From: Glycera tridactyla
Lineage: Eukaryota
Assembly: GCA_965644265.1 (NCBI GenBank)
Contig: OZ286460.1
Location: forward strand, 19,654,001 to 19,718,000
Direction: 5' to 3'
Length of the DNA: 64,000 nt
Part shown: piece by piece, positions 43,401 through 51,667 of the stretch
Layout: every line of letters begins with the position of its first letter
Position numbering within the stretch: position 1 is the first letter of the stretch
The notes under the pieces: model-generated
Database searches by the model: none
Seen by the model: the letters and a program-made list of their open reading frames with translations, nothing else
What the model was told of the DNA's origin: nothing
Position numbers and translations under genes: made by a program

Positions 43401-46374
43401 ATTGGAGGTTTATTGGCTATGTCATATAGAAGAGATGCCCTGGAAAAGCGGTCTCCCGTTGAAGGTTTCACTGTACCTAATAGGAGATTCAAGAGAGGGG
43501 CACAGCAGATCGTTTTCATCTTCCATGTGACAAAACTATCCTGCCCTCATACTGTGACATAGAATTGGGACTAGATTCAGAAACCAAGGGTGCTACATAC
43601 CTGCAAATGCATCAGGAACATAATCTCTGACACTGATATGTACAAAGAGTGAGGCGAGATTCAAAGGTTGGTTGAGGTCATTCCGTAATCCAATGTGTCG
43701 ATAACCTGTTGGAAAACAATAAATACATAATTATGTCATGATAAAACTAGATGCAGTCAGAGTGCGGATGCCCTCAAAGTGCATGCTTGTCACAGGAAGA
43801 ATGAGAGAAGTGGCATGTATGTGAATGAAACTAATATCTTTCACACACAATGGCCTCGAAATTCAAGATGGCCATCCCCAAAACAAAAGTTGTCTTGCTA
43901 GACCCTTGGAGAGTCCATGCTCCAAAATGATGGCTGGCCTTGAAACTTTTCAAGTATTGTCCAGAAATAGTTCTGGCCTTTTTGCACTTGGGGACCTTGA
44001 AATTCAAGATGGCCATCTCGAAAATGTCTGGTGTCTTTCCATAGCTTCAGAGAGTCAGTGCACCAAAATCAATAGAATTCTTGCCATAGCCTGGGAGAGT
44101 CTGTACATCATGTTTGAGATGGCTAGCCCTGAAACATTAGTTATTGTTAATGCCCAAAAACGAATTGACCTTTTGACCTAAAAATTCAAGATGGCTGCCA
44201 AAAATCAAGGAGAGTCTGTACATCAAGATTGAGATGGCTAGACCACACACTTCTTATTGTTATTGTCCGTAAACCATCATTCACCCACCTCAGCAACTTT
44301 ATTGAGTAATCATCCAGAAGATGCATGGACATATACATATGCTTGTTTTTACATAATAGGTTCCCTGACTAAACTCCAATAAGAAGATCAACAGAATATG
44401 TTATCATTACCTGGTCGCAAACCTTCCACAGGAAGTACCCTATGACCGAGTTGTTTTCCACCGTCATCAAAAACTCCCATACGTAATGTCGCTAAATTTG
44501 GCAGCACAACCTAGAATGAGAAGAAATGGAAATAATTGCTAGCGATGATGAAAGTAACACATTTCAAAAATGATTCTGATGCATTTTAAAAGTCAGTGTC
44601 TTGGGCTTTTAGGTAAACCTGTTAAGAAAATATCAGGAGATGAACATTATCTCATTTGACACTGGCTGAAAATAAGCATTATGAGCTATGTTTGCACAGA
44701 AATCATGAGATACTTCACTCTGAAGAAATCATTCATTATGGTGACATTATAGCATACAATGAGTACAGTGGATCATCTTCAACATGAGATGAAATTATTG
44801 ACTGAGCAAAATCAGATTGTGCAAATCTTAGTTTCCAGTTTCAAACATGAACATGTATTTCAGTATCTGCCCATGTGATCGAAATAACAATATCACACAG
44901 GTCTATTCCACCTGATCCGATGCTACCCTCGGATCAATCAGTCACCACTGAGAAGAGGCATTATTTTCATTACATGAATATGAACTTGTAGATGAAAATA
45001 AAAGTATCCCATGCATCTGCAGATGTGTCACTTACTTTTTTGAATACAAAAGGGTCCTCATCGTACACAGGATTGATGGCATTCGTTGGTATTGTTTTGG
45101 TGCGGAACTTTTTACGAACAGTGTCTGCGGGTAAGCCGTACATGTCCACCTCTACATATGTACTGCATCTTCGATCCGTCAGTAGCTGACCTGATATCAC
45201 CTGTGGAATAAAAAAGTATGAGGATACTAGCCGCTGATCAGTAGTAGGTTTTGGTTGCTTTGACTTGCAGATTTCTGTCCAAATCGATATCATTGGAGCC
45301 AGGAGGATCGATGGGAGAAGGAAGTTACTCAAGGGTCAGTATACAATCAAACCTTTTTGAGAAATCACCTCTGTGCAAAGGACACCAGCCTACAAAGGTC
45401 AACCTGAACTGTGACTGCGATAATATCTTACATGGTAAATGACCTCTTCACAAAGACCACCTGTCCACAAAGACCATTTTTCCAACCAAGTATGGTTTTT
45501 ATTGACAGATTCGGCTGTACATAGAACCTGTGACAAGAGACTTTCGATGACAAAGTACCTCCGAAATAGGCATTTGGGTTTTCCAAAAGTGGTCTCTTAA
45601 TATAGGTGGTCTCTTATTAGGGAGTCTCTCATCAGGCTCCACTGTATAACTGTTAGCAGGATGTTCTCGTTATCTGCTCCATTCTAACAATATGATTGCC
45701 ACACTCATCTTGAGCCTTGAGTAAATTTGACATAAGTCAATGATTTTAATTTCAACCCATTGCTCATGACAAACTTCTGACTTGACTGACTTCAGGGCTA
45801 TTTTCGCTTAAGAAACTCACCCTAATTTCAACTGTGTTTGCAACAATACCATCTACAGTTGACTCAGCGAATGGATCGAAATGTCGGTCGGAACGTCGCA
45901 TGAAGTCTGGCTTCAGGATGTACCCACTTCGTCCATTGTACTCAAATATACCCAAATTCAACATCATGGCCAGATCTGAAAAAGAAATGCAATCAATCAA
46001 AACATACATATCAGGCCCCATCAAAAAGTGGCTGCATGCAATTAAAGACTGGTTTTGATGTCAGAGATGGATTCGGAATCTTACGTGTCCAGTGATATTA
46101 CATTCTTTTTGTGGATTTGAACTTAGAATTTGGTCGTCTCACACTGCATGCCAACTCAACTGCTAAGCCTAGAATACCAATCTTCATACTTGTAATAGGG
46201 GGCAAACTCCTGATAGCCTACATAGCGTTGTTTTCCACCCGAGAATGGGGTCTCCACTTTAAAATGGGTTGACTGATTCTGGGTCTTTTTGAATGGTTGA
46301 AAATGTAGTAGGCAAAACTCACCAAGTGTTTGGAAGTTGAGAGCCACCAGTTGACACCCTGCATTCCAGAAAAT
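20497..46374 (-). CDS. PLCB: Phospholipase C-beta gene, 3' portion (Y-domain end, C2, C-terminal domain); multi-exon, 5' part beyond window
   Basis: Chain of AG/GT-bounded exons with consistent phases. They translate to PLC-beta hallmarks [43 protein letters not shown] and [12 protein letters not shown], plus a coiled-coil CTD ([22 protein letters not shown]...KKHKDKSEL) of the PLCB1-3/PLC21C type. Confidence 0.96.
21564..21740. mobile_element. TA-flanked MITE, distinct subfamily (GGTGGCTGCTTAG subterminal repeats)
   Basis: TA-CAGTCAAACCTGTCCTAAGCAG...TAGGACAGGTTAGACTG-TA. Confidence 0.85.
21860..22004 (-). CDS. PLCB: PLC-beta exon, distal CTD ([31 protein letters not shown]...VK)
   Basis: ttcatttccag| ... 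|gtcagt; 145 nt, phase 2 to 0. Confidence 0.93.
22773..23044 (-). CDS. PLCB: PLC-beta exon, distal CTD (HKEMKRGH...[11 protein letters not shown])
   Basis: gattatcag| ... |gtatgt; 272 nt, phase 0 to 2; exact acceptor somewhat uncertain. Confidence 0.9.
23627..23821 (-). CDS. PLCB: PLC-beta exon, distal CTD ([15 protein letters not shown]...EQENK)
   Basis: ttctttacag| ... |gtaggt; 195 nt, phase 0 to 0. Confidence 0.88.
24694..24896. other. Assembly gap (N run), followed by a purine-rich low-complexity tract to ~25110
   Basis: Ns in sequence. Confidence 0.99.
28320..28443. repeat. 62-bp direct tandem duplication
   Basis: ATAGAGATGCTCTCTT(C/T)ATGAATACACATGCAAGTGTTGAGCTTTCTATAACATTTGATCTC twice. 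Confidence 0.95.
32544..32659 (-). CDS. PLCB: PLC-beta exon, start of distal CTD ([39 protein letters not shown])
   Basis: ttctcattctag| ... |gtaaga; 116 nt, phase 1 to 0; KQ-x-K-x-L-x-x-L-x-KKH-x-K motif. Confidence 0.92.
34704..34823 (-). CDS. PLCB: PLC-beta linker exon ([40 protein letters not shown])
   Basis: Pyrimidine-rich acceptor ...ctatggcag| ... |gtaggt; 120 nt open, phase 1 to 1, GC-richer than flanks. Confidence 0.72.
36765..36839 (-). CDS. PLCB: PLC-beta linker cassette exon ([25 protein letters not shown])
   Basis: tttgtttcctag| ... |gtaatc; 75 nt open, phase 1 to 1. Confidence 0.65.
36949..36975 (-). CDS. Candidate 27-nt micro-exon of the PLC-beta linker (EDLIRARLP)
   Basis: gttag| ... 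|gtgagt; frame-preserving phase 1 to 1; strong donor but weak polypyrimidine tract. Confidence 0.35.
40164..40274 (-). mobile_element. Second copy of the (TG)n-tailed SINE, cut by the assembly gap
   Basis: Shares CATGTCAG(T/A)GACAT and ACAGGTCCATGAAATGTGT with 16730-16775. Confidence 0.55.
40275..40464. other. Assembly gap (N run)
   Basis: Ns in sequence. Confidence 0.99.
41560..41930. repeat. ATT/ATC-rich low-complexity tract
   Basis: Degenerate ATTATC/ATCATT trimers; similar tract at ~37560-37710. Confidence 0.8.
42084..42309 (-). CDS. PLCB: PLC-beta exon, disordered CTD linker ([15 protein letters not shown]...SHGSSGS)
   Basis: catttccag| ... |gtcagt; 226 nt open, phase 0 to 1, fits flanking exons. 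Confidence 0.82.
42858..42955 (-). CDS. PLCB: PLC-beta exon, proximal CTD ([33 protein letters not shown])
   Basis: tttttcag| ... |gtaagt; 98 nt, phase 1 to 0; AL-x-NP motif of the Galpha-q-binding proximal CTD. Confidence 0.93.
43601..43705 (-). CDS. PLCB: PLC-beta exon, C2 end ([35 protein letters not shown])
   Basis: ttccaacag| ... |gtatgt; 105 nt, phase 1 to 1. Confidence 0.95.
43743..44270 (+). mobile_element. Truncated repeat-bearing element, possibly another HINE-like family
   Basis: Starts AAACTAG; three recurring AAATTCAAGATGGC(C/T) units and duplicated GGAGAGTCTGTACATCA; no 3' hairpin seen. Confidence 0.45.
44411..44510 (-). CDS. PLCB: PLC-beta exon, C2 domain ([33 protein letters not shown])
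   Basis: ttctag| ... |gtaatg; 100 nt, phase 0 to 1. Confidence 0.95.
45036..45200 (-). CDS. PLCB: PLC-beta exon, C2 domain ([35 protein letters not shown]...FVFKK)
   Basis: ttccacag| ... |gtaagt; 165 nt, phase 0 to 0. Confidence 0.96.
45821..45975 (-). CDS. PLCB: PLC-beta exon, Y/C2 junction ([28 protein letters not shown]...EIR)
   Basis: tttttcag| ... |gtgagt; 155 nt, phase 1 to 0. Confidence 0.96.
46323..46374 (-). CDS. PLCB: PLC-beta exon, end of catalytic Y domain ([17 protein letters not shown])
   Basis: tttcag|ATTTTCTGG ... ACACTTG|gtgagt; 52 nt, phase 0 to 1. Confidence 0.95.
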
Positions 46375-46456
46375 CTGAAATAATGATTCTGATGATGATG
46401 AAAATAGGAGACAATGATATATTGATGAATATTATCAGCCAACCAGTCTGTTCCAA

Positions 46457-46660
46457 TGTGGAGAAATTTAGTCAATAAACTGGACAATATCACTCACTTA
46501 TTGTGACGTTGCGGCTAGAACCTCTAGCCTTTGACGGACTGTTTACTCTTCGAGTTGTCAAGTGATAGACGACGGGAGTCTGTCGAAGGCTAGAGGTTCT
46601 AGCCGCAACGTCACAACAAGTGAGTGATATTTTCCAGTTTATCGACTAAATTTCTCCACA
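46457..46660. repeat. Fold-back palindromic element (84-bp arms, 36-nt loop)
   Basis: 46457-46540 is the reverse complement of 46577-46660 with only a few mismatches. Confidence 0.92.
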
Positions 46661-46742
46661 CAGGAGATATTCAGGCAACATATACTTAATTATTGCATAC
46701 ACACACATAAGCACGCACACAAGCATGCACACACACCTGCAA

Positions 46743-46792
<50 letters not shown>

Positions 46793-46799
46793 GCACACA

Positions 46800-47597
46800 C
46801 TGGTGGACGTGTGCTGAATCAGCTATCGCTAATGGCTCATTGGGATTTGATCAGAATAACAAGATTTCATCGGGACTCAATCATTATAACAAGATGGAAA
46901 GTAATCAGTGAGTAAGAAGATTGGACAAAACAAGTTGGTGATAAAAGTCAGGACCAGCAAGGTTGATTAATTAGGGAAAAAGCATTAGGAGAGCTGGGAT
47001 GGAGATGCTGAGTTGTCAAGTCAGGATTGGTCCAGCGGTATGTTGAGAGGTAGCAACGCTGGATGCCAGGCATCTGACGTCATTTTGAAGGACACTGATT
47101 GGTCTGTCACCGGAAATCGAGTAATCATCATTAGTCTATCAAAAAGGTGGTGTAGGCGCTCTAGGAGGGGATTCACATCGGCAGCGCAGGCAGACCAGGA
47201 GGAGAGGTAAAGTGGGCATTCTTGCATGGAGTTATAATGGGCACAAACAGGGATCTGAGGTAAGCTTGACTATTAGAACCATGGACTCCTGAGTAGGTGG
47301 TCACAGAGGAAGGTACTATCTTTTTACCTAAGTTACCTGGGAACACCTGATTATCATTATTATTATTATTATTAGTATGATCTTCAGTGGTCCTGTTATT
47401 TAAGTTTCATCAGACAGCCAGTCATGCACCATGTCAAACGCGATCCTACTCTCACATGAAGCCAAGCAATTGTATGAAATGCTGAATTGATTGATTGATT
47501 GAGTTGATGTTGTAACATTAAACTAATATATAAATGGTATCTCTTTGTCCTTATCACTTTCCTGAAAGAGTATCCTGAAAATCCCTCCAGGATATTT
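46800..47597 (+). repeat. Putative 5' LTR (start not determinable; partner LTR absent from window)
   Basis: Non-coding block immediately upstream of the PBS; contains a CRE, two inverted CCAAT boxes and ATTAAA at ~47515; no second copy found in 63210-64000. Confidence 0.5.
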
Positions 47598-47613
47598 TGG
47601 TGGAGAATCAGGG
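47598..47613 (+). promoter_or_regulatory. Primer-binding site, tRNA-Ala type
   Basis: TGGTGGAGAATCAGGG; TGGTGGAGAAT is complementary to the ...ATTCTCCA-CCA 3' end of eukaryotic tRNA-Ala; located ~540 nt upstream of the gag ATG. Confidence 0.75.
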
Positions 47614-47760
47614 TTTGACGTGCTGACTGTGCTGTATTTTTTGTTATCTTTCTTTGTATTCTTACCATTTTTGCTGGTTATTGCTGGATTCGCTCGTGCG
47701 AGGCGTGGTCCCGTCGTCGGTATGGGTACTGGCGTGCGGACTATTGGGCTGTTGCCGGAG

Positions 47761-47766
47761 GTAAGT
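47761..47766 (+). promoter_or_regulatory. Major splice donor in the retroelement leader
   Basis: GAG|GTAAGT consensus between PBS and gag. Confidence 0.65.
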
Positions 47767-47864
47767 TTCCTGTACCCGCTCATTTGCTAGGGGGTTGGGC
47801 TGTGTTGTGTGCCCGTGTGATTGATTATGGTGTATTTAGGTCGAGCGGTGGTGGAAACTACGGG

Positions 47865-48002
47865 ATGCTCCCTTGTAGTCCATGGATATATTTATTTTTA
47901 ACCTTACTGGCAATTGTAGCCGTCATGATATATATCATGCTGATATCACCTGTTGGTATAATGCCTATGGGCCTGGCAGTTAGTGCTGTTGGAGGACAGT
48001 GA
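47865..48002 (+). CDS. Small upstream hydrophobic ORF (45 aa, one predicted TM helix)
   Basis: MLPCSPWIYLFLTLLAIVAVMIYIMLISPVGIMPMGLAVSAVGGQ; function unknown, may be chance. Confidence 0.3.
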   Translation: MLPCSPWIYLFLTLLAIVAVMIYIMLISPVGIMPMGLAVSAVGGQ

Positions 48003-48136
48003 GGTATTTGTCAAAGGTGTGGGTGTTCTACATGTATTATATGATAGATTTGAGAGGTACGCTATGATGTGGGGTGGAATGTTTGGTGGATTAAGGTCTA
48101 ATATTAGCCGATTATTTACTTATTGGGGTGGTGAGC

Positions 48137-51100
48137 ATGTCGCTAAATGGAATACACGGACGTCGGCGGTCTAGACGCCTGCGTGGCTTAGAACCTTATA
48201 ATATTGACGAGTTTGATTTTGATTTATCTTCACATCACTCTGACCTTAGTCTGAATTTTGAGAATAATTGGGTGGATGTGTCACGGCCCAGCCCTACTGA
48301 TGGAGTGATTTCATTGCCAGATGAATGGTTTAGGGATGTGATACCTATCGGTGAAACTAGGGCGGAGAATAATATTGGAATACCATCCAGACCAGCATCC
48401 GTTGGTGATGTGGCAGTAGTGGATGTTGATTCATGGCCATTGGTGTCTACTGAAGGGTCTATAGTGGTCCGGACACCAGACACGTTAGACACATTGTCTG
48501 AACATTCTGATGACAACGTACTTGTACCTAGACTTGCAGATGGGGATACACTTTGGAATGCTGATGGGACACCTCGAGCTACATCGTCTCCTACATCAAT
48601 AGTGTCAGATGATGTTATCACTGGACCTTTGTTGTATCCAACACGAACAGTACATGGGGAAAGAAATCAGATGCAGAATGATGGGGTGTCACCTAATATG
48701 AATGCCTGGGACTATTCTGTGGGTAGCCCTCATCTTGTAACTCCTCCATTACCTGTTTCTGATTCTGATGCAATGAACCGGGACAGGGGGACACCTGTCT
48801 TGAGTGGCACGGCTTACCGTCCTGTGAGGGTGTCTGATATAAGGGCTACGACTGGTCGTGGCTTGTCTGATACATTGCCTGTTCAAATGTACCCTGAAAG
48901 TGGCTCTCCAGTTGAGTGTACATCTTCTGGTGGTGGGATATCCACGGCTGTTGGTTACATTCAAGGTATGGATAATAGGGCTGGTGGAAACATGGGGACT
49001 GGTGGTAATGTGGGCCCCTATGCTCCAGTGATTCAACCAGGTAGGTTAAATTTAGATGAAGACACGCCGATCAGAGAACCAAAGAACGCATTCGGAGTTA
49101 ATAAATCCACCAGACTTGCTGGGTCTGAGAGAGTGATAAGACCTAAACCAATATTTTTACGGGATCAAACGGTAAGTACCTCAAAACCAGCGGCTGCCTG
49201 GTTGAATACAAACACATCGGTTGTGTCGTCAGGTATGACTGCTATTTGCTCTGTAGCTGAGTCAATTCCTATTTTCCAGAGAGGGAGAGTGAGGGAGCAG
49301 GCAAGTAGATTTGAGGAGCAGGGACGAAATAGATACCACAGTCCAATATCAGCATATGGACAGGAAAGGGTGAGTGGCTCATCAACAGGATTGGTTAATC
49401 AAGACGGTCCTGTTTTTAGCTCAGAAACACTGAGAACACCAGGATCGTTTATATCATCATCTAGAAGGATACGGGTGAGTGAGTCTGGTCTTGATGAAAA
49501 TGTGCTAAACCAACTTCATAGACCAGAATTGTCTGGAATGGGTAATTACCTCGTTGATGCAGACCCTCTGGTGAGTGATGATGTGCATGAAATGTTTAGG
49601 GCATTACCCCGGGAACTATCTCACCCAGCGGCGGTCACACCCCTAGCTAAACCTGCGAAAAGTAAGGTAAGGCAACCTGTCTTTTGCCAAGGCACGAGTG
49701 AAAGAGTAACAACTTTACCGAATAATGCTGGTGAATGCCATAATAAAAAGCGAAAGATACCAGATCAACCAGGTACGGATGATGAGGTGCTGAGACCTGT
49801 GTTCAGGATGCCCCATTTTATAAGTAAAAATCAGGCTAGATGGACAAAAGGAGAGGCCTATTTTACTGGTGAATTCAATGTTGAAGGTAGGCCAGTGTAC
49901 GAATATATGTGGACACCTATAGGTACAAGAGATCCAACTGATCCTGACATGCAGGAGTGGATATATCAACAGTGTAAGGCGGCTGGAAAAATGGCACAAA
50001 AACCCAAACAATCAACGCAAAAACCTGGGGTGAGTTTTGCATCTGATGGCCACATTGGTGGGTGGAGGACAGACAACCAACCACCATCAACCAGCGGCTG
50101 GATTCCACGTAGGCCAGGTGGGTTGAGTAATAGGACTCCTATGAAAACAGGGATACAAAACCCTCCAACACCTGCTAGAGCAGGGGTGGATAAAAATTGG
50201 ATTGATAATCCAGATTACTATGGCAGGGATGTTATTTATAAAGTCACTGATGATGAGCTGTCGGATCCAGACAATGATAGTGAAGAGCCTGTGAGTGACA
50301 GTGATACTGGTGAGTATATAGCCCGACCTCGTAGAAATGAGAGGGGATCACTTAAAGACCGTATGTGTGCCATGATTGGTGACCTGGGTAGATCAGATGA
50401 TGAGGGGGACCGCCAAATTGATAGGTTGGGAAGGAATTCAAATGATAATGACCGTGCCCGGGATGTAAATGATAATTTGCTTCAAAATGTGGGTCATGAC
50501 CAAACTAGACAGGCACACCGACGTGCTAATGTACGGAATGTTCGGAGTCATGAACGAACAGCCGGTGGACAAAGTTTGGGAGGAGACAGACAGAGGTCAA
50601 TTGTAGTGGAAGGGAGTTCATCCATAATAAAATTAGAAAAATTCAACCCGACAAAAATGAACCCATTAGACTGGTTTTCACTTTTCGAAACATATGTGTC
50701 ATACAAAAACCTGTCAAATGAGGATGCTCTGCGAGTTTTTAGATTCAGTGTTGCGGGTGATGTTGCATCATGGTATTCCCTGCTGCCACCTGTGAGGTCG
50801 CTCAGGCAACTGAAAAATGCTTTCGTCAAGGAGTGGGGTGTAGACCCTGAAAAACGCTATGCTTATTTTAACCGATTATGGAAGATGAAGCAGAAGGGGC
50901 GTGACAGCAAGAAATTCATTAGATCAATAGTGAAAAAGGCACGACTGATGTATGGAGTGTCACCTGAGCGTCAATTGAATGAATCTCAACAGGATGAGGT
51001 ATGCAAAATTGTATTGAATGCTCTGGACAAAAGTGTGCGGCAATTTGTGTTAACCCAACGTGCAGAATCCCTAGATGAAATAATAGAAGCGGCCTCTCTA

Positions 51101-51667
51101 GCACAATCACTAGATAGTGGTTCTGAGAAATCCAGTGGGTCTGAAGATGAGTCTTCCTCTGATACTGATGGGGAGGATCGGAAGAAGAAACATAAGAAAA
51201 AGAAAGATAAAAAGAAGGATGATGATAGGGGAAATACATCCAGGGCCATTATGGTCTTGTTGGATGAGATGAAATCTATGAAGACATCATTACCAGATAC
51301 AGTAGCAGAAGCAGTGGGAAAGCAGGCTGCTGAAATTAAAAAGTCAACTGGGACCAGGCCTAAAAAAAATATGAATGATGGCGGAGGGAGTGAGAATCCT
51401 ATACCTCAAAATGGGGGATATAGAAGCAGGATGGGTCAGAGAAATAGCAACGAGAGGGCTAGGTCTGTATGTTACACTTGCCAAAAACCAGGCCATTTTG
51501 CCATTAATTGTCCTGAGAGAGGGAAAGGTGGAGGCAGAAGCAATATGGCTGTTTGTCAGCTATGTGCCCGGACGGGGCATGTAGCACCACAATGTCCCAG
51601 ACTGAACAGGCCAGAGAAACCTGTAGACAGACATTCACATGAACAGAGACAGGGGGAGGACCAATAG
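48137..51667 (+). CDS. gag: Gag polyprotein, 1176 aa from first ATG, with ~830-aa N-terminal extension
   Basis: Capsid-like block from ~50624 (KLEKFN...DWFSLFE...GDVASWY); two CCHC knuckles CYTCQKPGHFAINC and CQLCARTGHVAPQC at 51470-51595. Confidence 0.93.
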   Translation: MSLNGIHGRRRSRRLRGLEPYNIDEFDFDLSSHHSDLSLNFENNWVDVSRPSPTDGVISLPDEWFRDVIPIGETRAENNIGIPSRPASVGDVAVVDVDSWPLVSTEGSIVVRTPDTLDTLSEHSDDNVLVPRLADGDTLWNADGTPRATSSPTSIVSDDVITGPLLYPTRTVHGERNQMQNDGVSPNMNAWDYSVGSPHLVTPPLPVSDSDAMNRDRGTPVLSGTAYRPVRVSDIRATTGRGLSDTLPVQMYPESGSPVECTSSGGGISTAVGYIQGMDNRAGGNMGTGGNVGPYAPVIQPGRLNLDEDTPIREPKNAFGVNKSTRLAGSERVIRPKPIFLRDQTVSTSKPAAAWLNTNTSVVSSGMTAICSVAESIPIFQRGRVREQASRFEEQGRNRYHSPISAYGQERVSGSSTGLVNQDGPVFSSETLRTPGSFISSSRRIRVSESGLDENVLNQLHRPELSGMGNYLVDADPLVSDDVHEMFRALPRELSHPAAVTPLAKPAKSKVRQPVFCQGTSERVTTLPNNAGECHNKKRKIPDQPGTDDEVLRPVFRMPHFISKNQARWTKGEAYFTGEFNVEGRPVYEYMWTPIGTRDPTDPDMQEWIYQQCKAAGKMAQKPKQSTQKPGVSFASDGHIGGWRTDNQPPSTSGWIPRRPGGLSNRTPMKTGIQNPPTPARAGVDKNWIDNPDYYGRDVIYKVTDDELSDPDNDSEEPVSDSDTGEYIARPRRNERGSLKDRMCAMIGDLGRSDDEGDRQIDRLGRNSNDNDRARDVNDNLLQNVGHDQTRQAHRRANVRNVRSHERTAGGQSLGGDRQRSIVVEGSSSIIKLEKFNPTKMNPLDWFSLFETYVSYKNLSNEDALRVFRFSVAGDVASWYSLLPPVRSLRQLKNAFVKEWGVDPEKRYAYFNRLWKMKQKGRDSKKFIRSIVKKARLMYGVSPERQLNESQQDEVCKIVLNALDKSVRQFVLTQRAESLDEIIEAASLAQSLDSGSEKSSGSEDESSSDTDGEDRKKKHKKKKDKKKDDDRGNTSRAIMVLLDEMKSMKTSLPDTVAEAVGKQAAEIKKSTGTRPKKNMNDGGGSENPIPQNGGYRSRMGQRNSNERARSVCYTCQKPGHFAINCPERGKGGGRSNMAVCQLCARTGHVAPQCPRLNRPEKPVDRHSHEQRQGEDQ

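Noticed and set aside
47523-47783. 86-aa basic antisense ORF across the PBS and leader
   Set aside because: The GT-rich plus strand makes the minus strand stop-poor, and it overlaps constrained cis-elements with no recognisable motif; revisit only if conserved in sister copies.
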